Assembly (NCBI GenBank): GCA_963749075.1
Contig: CAVVLJ010000017.1
Span: forward strand, 896,001-960,000
Length of the DNA: 64,000 bases
DNA from: an uncultured Pseudomonadota bacterium
Lineage (GTDB): Bacteria > Pseudomonadota > Alphaproteobacteria > JACZXZ01
Direction of reading: 5' to 3'
Of this stretch, positions 60,654 through 64,000 are shown in pieces. A program made the position numbers and the translations under genes. Numbering within the stretch: the stretch's first letter is position 1; each line of letters begins with the position of its first letter. Below the pieces are notes generated by a model. That model searched no databases, was not told the origin of the DNA, and saw only the letters and a list, made by a program, of their open reading frames with translations.

Positions 60654-61754
60654 CTAGCTCCACACCTCGGCAGCCACCTTGCCGACGAGCTCGAGCTTGC
60701 GCCACTGCTCCTCCTCGCCCATGGGAGCGCCGCCCACGGTGGTGCCGAAGCCGCATTGCGGGCTGAGCGCCAATTGGCCGTGGCTCGCGAAGGCGGCCGC
60801 CTCGTCGATGCGCCGCTTGAGATGCGCCGCCGCCTCGAGCACTGGCGTCTTGCTGCTGACCAGCCCGAGCACGGCCGATTTCTCCTTCGGCAGGAAGCGC
60901 AGCGGCCGGAAGTCGCCGGCGCGCGCGCTGTCGTATTCCAGAAGGAAGTGGTCTGCCGCGGCCTCTGAGAAGAGCCGCTCCGCCACCGGCTCGTAGCCGC
61001 CCGAGCCGATCCAGTGGCCGCGGAAATTGCCGCGGCAGAGGTGGATGCCGACCGCCATGCCGGGCGGGCGGGCGGCGATGGCGCGGTTGAGCGCGTCGAT
61101 GTAGCGGCCGAGAAGTTGCCGCCAGTCCCAGCCCCACTGTGCCACGCGCTCGCGCACCTTGGCGTCGCAGAGGAGTGCGATCGGCACCTCGTCGAGCTGC
61201 AGGTAGCGGCAGCCAAGCCGGCCGAGCTCGGCGATCTCCTCGGCATAGACGGCGACGAGATCGTCCCAATAGGCCTCGTCGCCGCCGTAGACGCCGCGGT
61301 CGATGCCGTCGGGTCCGCGGAAGAAATGCATGACCGAGGGTGCCGGCATGGTGATCTTGACGGGCCGCGCCGCGACCGCGCGGGCGAAGGCGAACTCGGC
61401 ACCGGCGATGCTCTTGACGCGGCGGATGCGGCCCTGGTTGTGCGGCACCGGCACCGGGATGCTCGCCTCCTCGCCGGCGAGGAAATTGAAGCGGGTGTCG
61501 CGGTGCTCGAGCCCCTCCACCGCATCGACGAAGCCCGCGAGCCAGGAGCGCCGGCGGAACTCGCCGTCGCTCACGGCACCGAGGCCCGCCGCCTCCTGAC
61601 GCCGGATCGCGGCGCCGATCGCCTCATCGAGTGCTGCCTCGAATCCGGCGGCGTCCAGACGCCCGGCCCCGTGCGCCTTGTAGGCGTCGCGCAGCGCCTT
61701 GGGGCGGAGCAGGCTGCCGATGTGATCGGCACGGTAGATGGTATGTGCGGACAC
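60654..61754 (-). CDS. Cobalamin-independent methionine synthase II-like Zn enzyme (second paralogue)
   Basis: RADHIGSLLRP, DGEFRR, HLCRGN, LEYD and LSPQCGF motifs. Confidence 0.88.
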   Translation of the reverse strand: MSAHTIYRADHIGSLLRPKALRDAYKAHGAGRLDAAGFEAALDEAIGAAIRRQEAAGLGAVSDGEFRRRSWLAGFVDAVEGLEHRDTRFNFLAGEEASIPVPVPHNQGRIRRVKSIAGAEFAFARAVAARPVKITMPAPSVMHFFRGPDGIDRGVYGGDEAYWDDLVAVYAEEIAELGRLGCRYLQLDEVPIALLCDAKVRERVAQWGWDWRQLLGRYIDALNRAIAARPPGMAVGIHLCRGNFRGHWIGSGGYEPVAERLFSEAAADHFLLEYDSARAGDFRPLRFLPKEKSAVLGLVSSKTPVLEAAAHLKRRIDEAAAFASHGQLALSPQCGFGTTVGGAPMGEEEQWRKLELVGKVAAEVWS

Positions 61755-61761
61755 CGGACGT

Positions 61762-63081
61762 TCAACGCTTGTCGAGGAAGCGCGGCGCCTTGATCGCCCG
61801 CTCGAAGTCGCGCGCGAGGCTGCCGCTCTCGAGAAGCACGACCTCGGGCGTCACCTCGAAGCGCCGCCGCACGCACTCGACGAGCGCCAGCCGTGCGCCT
61901 TCCGCGTCGGCACCCCGCGCGGTTTCGACGAGGAGGCGGAGTGCGTCGACGCCCTCCGTCGCCACGATCTCGACGCGGAAGTCGGCGACCGCCGGCTCGG
62001 CGAACATGGCGTCCTCGAACTCGGTGTGGTTGAGGTTGACGCCGCGCACCTTGGAGAAGCCCTCGGTGCGCAGCGCGTGATGCAGCACGGGGAAGACCGA
62101 GAAGGGATCGCCGCTTGCCGGCTGGCGCCGGAGCGTCACGATGTCGCCCGAGAACCAGCGCAGGAAGGGCGTCATCGTGTTCGACCAGAGCGGCGTCATG
62201 ACGAGAGCGCCCTCCTCGCCCTCTTTCACGGCAGCGCCCGATTCGGGATCGATGACTTCGAGGAAGAAGAGATCGGAGAACGCGACCATGCCCTCCATGC
62301 CGTCGCGCTCGACCGAGATCATGGCGCCCTCGGTCATGCCGAAGGAGTTGTGGACCCTGGCGCCCCAGCTGCGCTCGAGCTTGGCGCGCTTGGCGGCGGT
62401 GAGCGGTTCGGCGCTCACCAGGAGCATGCGCACGCCGAGCGTGCGGAGATCGACGCCGGCCGCCTCGGCCACGTTGGCGAGATGGAGCGCGTAGCTCGGC
62501 ATCGCCGCCACCACGCTCGGCCTCAAGGTGGCGATGAGCTCGATCTGGGTTTGCGAGGCGGTGGTGGTGCCGGCACCTGCCCAGAGCGTCGCCATGCCCT
62601 CCATCTCGGCCGAGCGCGGCAAGAGCTGGCCGATGGGATGGATGCCCATGGGGAAGGAGACGTGAAGGAGGTCCGCCGCACCGGCGCCGATGCAGGGCCA
62701 GATGCGCCGGAAAGAGACGCCCAACATGTAGCGCATGTCCTCCGCCGAGCGCGGATAGAAGAGCGGCTTTCCGGTCACCCCGCCCGAGCGCCAGAACTCG
62801 ACGGCCTCCGCAAAGCCCGCGATGCAGAAGTCGCGGTAGAACTCCTCGCTCGAGAGCTTGCGCAGCTCGTCCTTGGTGAGGAGCGGGATGCGGCGCCACA
62901 CCTCGGGATCGTCGAGCCGCGCCGCATCGATGCCGGCCAGGCGCGGCGCCAGAAGCGCCGAGCGCTGCGCCCGTGCGAAGGCGATGCGTTTCCGCTCGCG
63001 ATGGATCGCGGCAATCTCCGCGGCGCTCTTCGGCAGTGCGAGCGCCCAGGCGGGCCGCCCCGCGTCATCCGTCCTTGCCAC
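61762..63081 (-). CDS. Phenylacetate--CoA ligase-like (PaaK family) adenylate-forming enzyme
   Basis: IPLLTKDELR, SGGVTGKP, FGMTE, SGD and KVRGVN motifs; alternative start at 63123. Confidence 0.85.
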   Translation of the reverse strand: MARTDDAGRPAWALALPKSAAEIAAIHRERKRIAFARAQRSALLAPRLAGIDAARLDDPEVWRRIPLLTKDELRKLSSEEFYRDFCIAGFAEAVEFWRSGGVTGKPLFYPRSAEDMRYMLGVSFRRIWPCIGAGAADLLHVSFPMGIHPIGQLLPRSAEMEGMATLWAGAGTTTASQTQIELIATLRPSVVAAMPSYALHLANVAEAAGVDLRTLGVRMLLVSAEPLTAAKRAKLERSWGARVHNSFGMTEGAMISVERDGMEGMVAFSDLFFLEVIDPESGAAVKEGEEGALVMTPLWSNTMTPFLRWFSGDIVTLRRQPASGDPFSVFPVLHHALRTEGFSKVRGVNLNHTEFEDAMFAEPAVADFRVEIVATEGVDALRLLVETARGADAEGARLALVECVRRRFEVTPEVVLLESGSLARDFERAIKAPRFLDKR

Positions 63082-63133
63082 GGCCTTCCCCCTCGCCTTC
63101 CCGAGCGCAGCATCGCACGCCATCGTGGGAAAA

Positions 63134-63168
63134 TCAAATGCGGTTTGAATAATCTAATGCTGTTAGAT
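63134..63168. promoter_or_regulatory. Palindromic operator(s), probably for the adjacent TetR
   Basis: TCAAA-tgcgg-TTTGA (63134-63148) and ATCTAA-tgctg-TTAGAT (63152-63168) in the divergent intergenic region. Confidence 0.55.
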
Positions 63169-63285
63169 AGATTTGCCGTCCGCCATGCCGCGGCGGCGGA
63201 GCCTCGGCTGACGCCGGGGACGCGCCGGCCGCCTTGTGGCACCATGCCAGGGGGAACCGGGGCAGCGGGGAGCGGGAGCCGCAGC

Positions 63286-64000
63286 ATGTGGAAGCCGCCG
63301 CAGCGCCTCAAGCACCGGCCGAGCCTCGGCGTCATGCCGAGCCGGGCCGAGGCGGCGCGCGCGCGGCTCTTCAGCGCGGTAGCACTCGGACCCGTTCGGC
63401 TGGCCCAGCGAACCTGGGTGCCCGCGATGGTGCCGTGGCGCGCGACCGAGGACGGCCTGGTGACCCCGGAGGTGCTCGCCTGGTACCGGCGCTTTGCGGC
63501 CGGCCGGCCGGGCGCCATCGTGGTCGAGGCCACGGGCATCCGCGACATCCCGAGCGGGCCGCTCCTGCGCATCGGCCACGACCGCTTCATCCCCGGCCTT
63601 CGCCGCCTCACAGACACGGTGCGCGAGGCGAGCGAGGGTCGTACGCGGCTCTTCATCCAGATCATCGATTTCCTCAGCATCAAGCGCCGCCCCGAGCCGG
63701 CCAAGTACTTCGCGCGCTTCCTTGCCGTGAGCGAGCGCCACCGCGCGCTCCTGGAAGCACCCGGCCTGCCGGAGGAGGAGGTGCGCGGGCGCCTTGCAGC
63801 GCTCTCCGAGGACGAGCTCGCTCGCGTGCTCACGCCGCGCGAGCTCGAGGCGTTGCGCTACGGCGCCCGCGAGCGCGTGAGCGACCTCGATCTCCCGCAT
63901 ATCCGCGCATTGCCTCGCGTCCTTCCCGGCCTCTTCGCCGAGGCCGCGGCGCGCGCCGAGGCTGCCGGCTTCGACGGCGTCGAGCTCCATTACGCCCACG
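63286..64000 (+). CDS. NADH:flavin oxidoreductase (Old Yellow Enzyme family), 3' end outside window
   Basis: Manual translation: MWKPPQRLKH..WVPAMVPWRA..IVVEATG..AGFDGVELHYAH. Confidence 0.85.
   Translation, partial: MWKPPQRLKHRPSLGVMPSRAEAARARLFSAVALGPVRLAQRTWVPAMVPWRATEDGLVTPEVLAWYRRFAAGRPGAIVVEATGIRDIPSGPLLRIGHDRFIPGLRRLTDTVREASEGRTRLFIQIIDFLSIKRRPEPAKYFARFLAVSERHRALLEAPGLPEEEVRGRLAALSEDELARVLTPRELEALRYGARERVSDLDLPHIRALPRVLPGLFAEAAARAEAAGFDGVELHYAH

Noticed and set aside
61756-61764. GGACGTTCA (reverse complement TGAACGTCC), a near-match to the frameshift motif
   Set aside because: It spans a stop codon and intergenic spacer, so no frame test is possible, and the first base differs.

Overview
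High-GC alphaproteobacterial chromosome segment, Rhodospirillales-like by gene order (inferred). The core genes are glnE, a yhdP-like gene, tyrS, anmK, cysE-iscS-fdx-mnmA, tRNA-Met, an M48 protease with DsbA, TRAP transporters and lpxD-ACP-KAS. They are interrupted by several accessory blocks: a 10-kb IclR/hydantoinase-oxoprolinase/ABC/PLP-enzyme catabolic island, a small islet after tRNA-Met (GIY-YIG nuclease, ParE-type TA), a MetE-like/ABC cassette, three type II toxin-antitoxin pairs and an IS4-family element. The most notable sequence-level observations follow. (1) All three frameshifts seen in non-mobile genes (yhdP-like, iclR, dctM2) are +1 and fall on the identical 9-mer AGAACGTCC, on either strand. 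This points to a motif-specific DNA-level effect, probably a modification-linked sequencing error. (2) The MetE-like/ABC cassette is bracketed by a degenerate duplicate of the 3' end of the neighbouring aminotransferase gene. (3) The IS4 element sits inside a REP hairpin with a 10-bp target duplication and needs a -1 shift at A5G6. (4) There are gene remnants (a dctM tail and an iscS tail), a degenerate EAL domain and several clear operator palindromes. All protein assignments come from motif recognition by eye; no searches were run.
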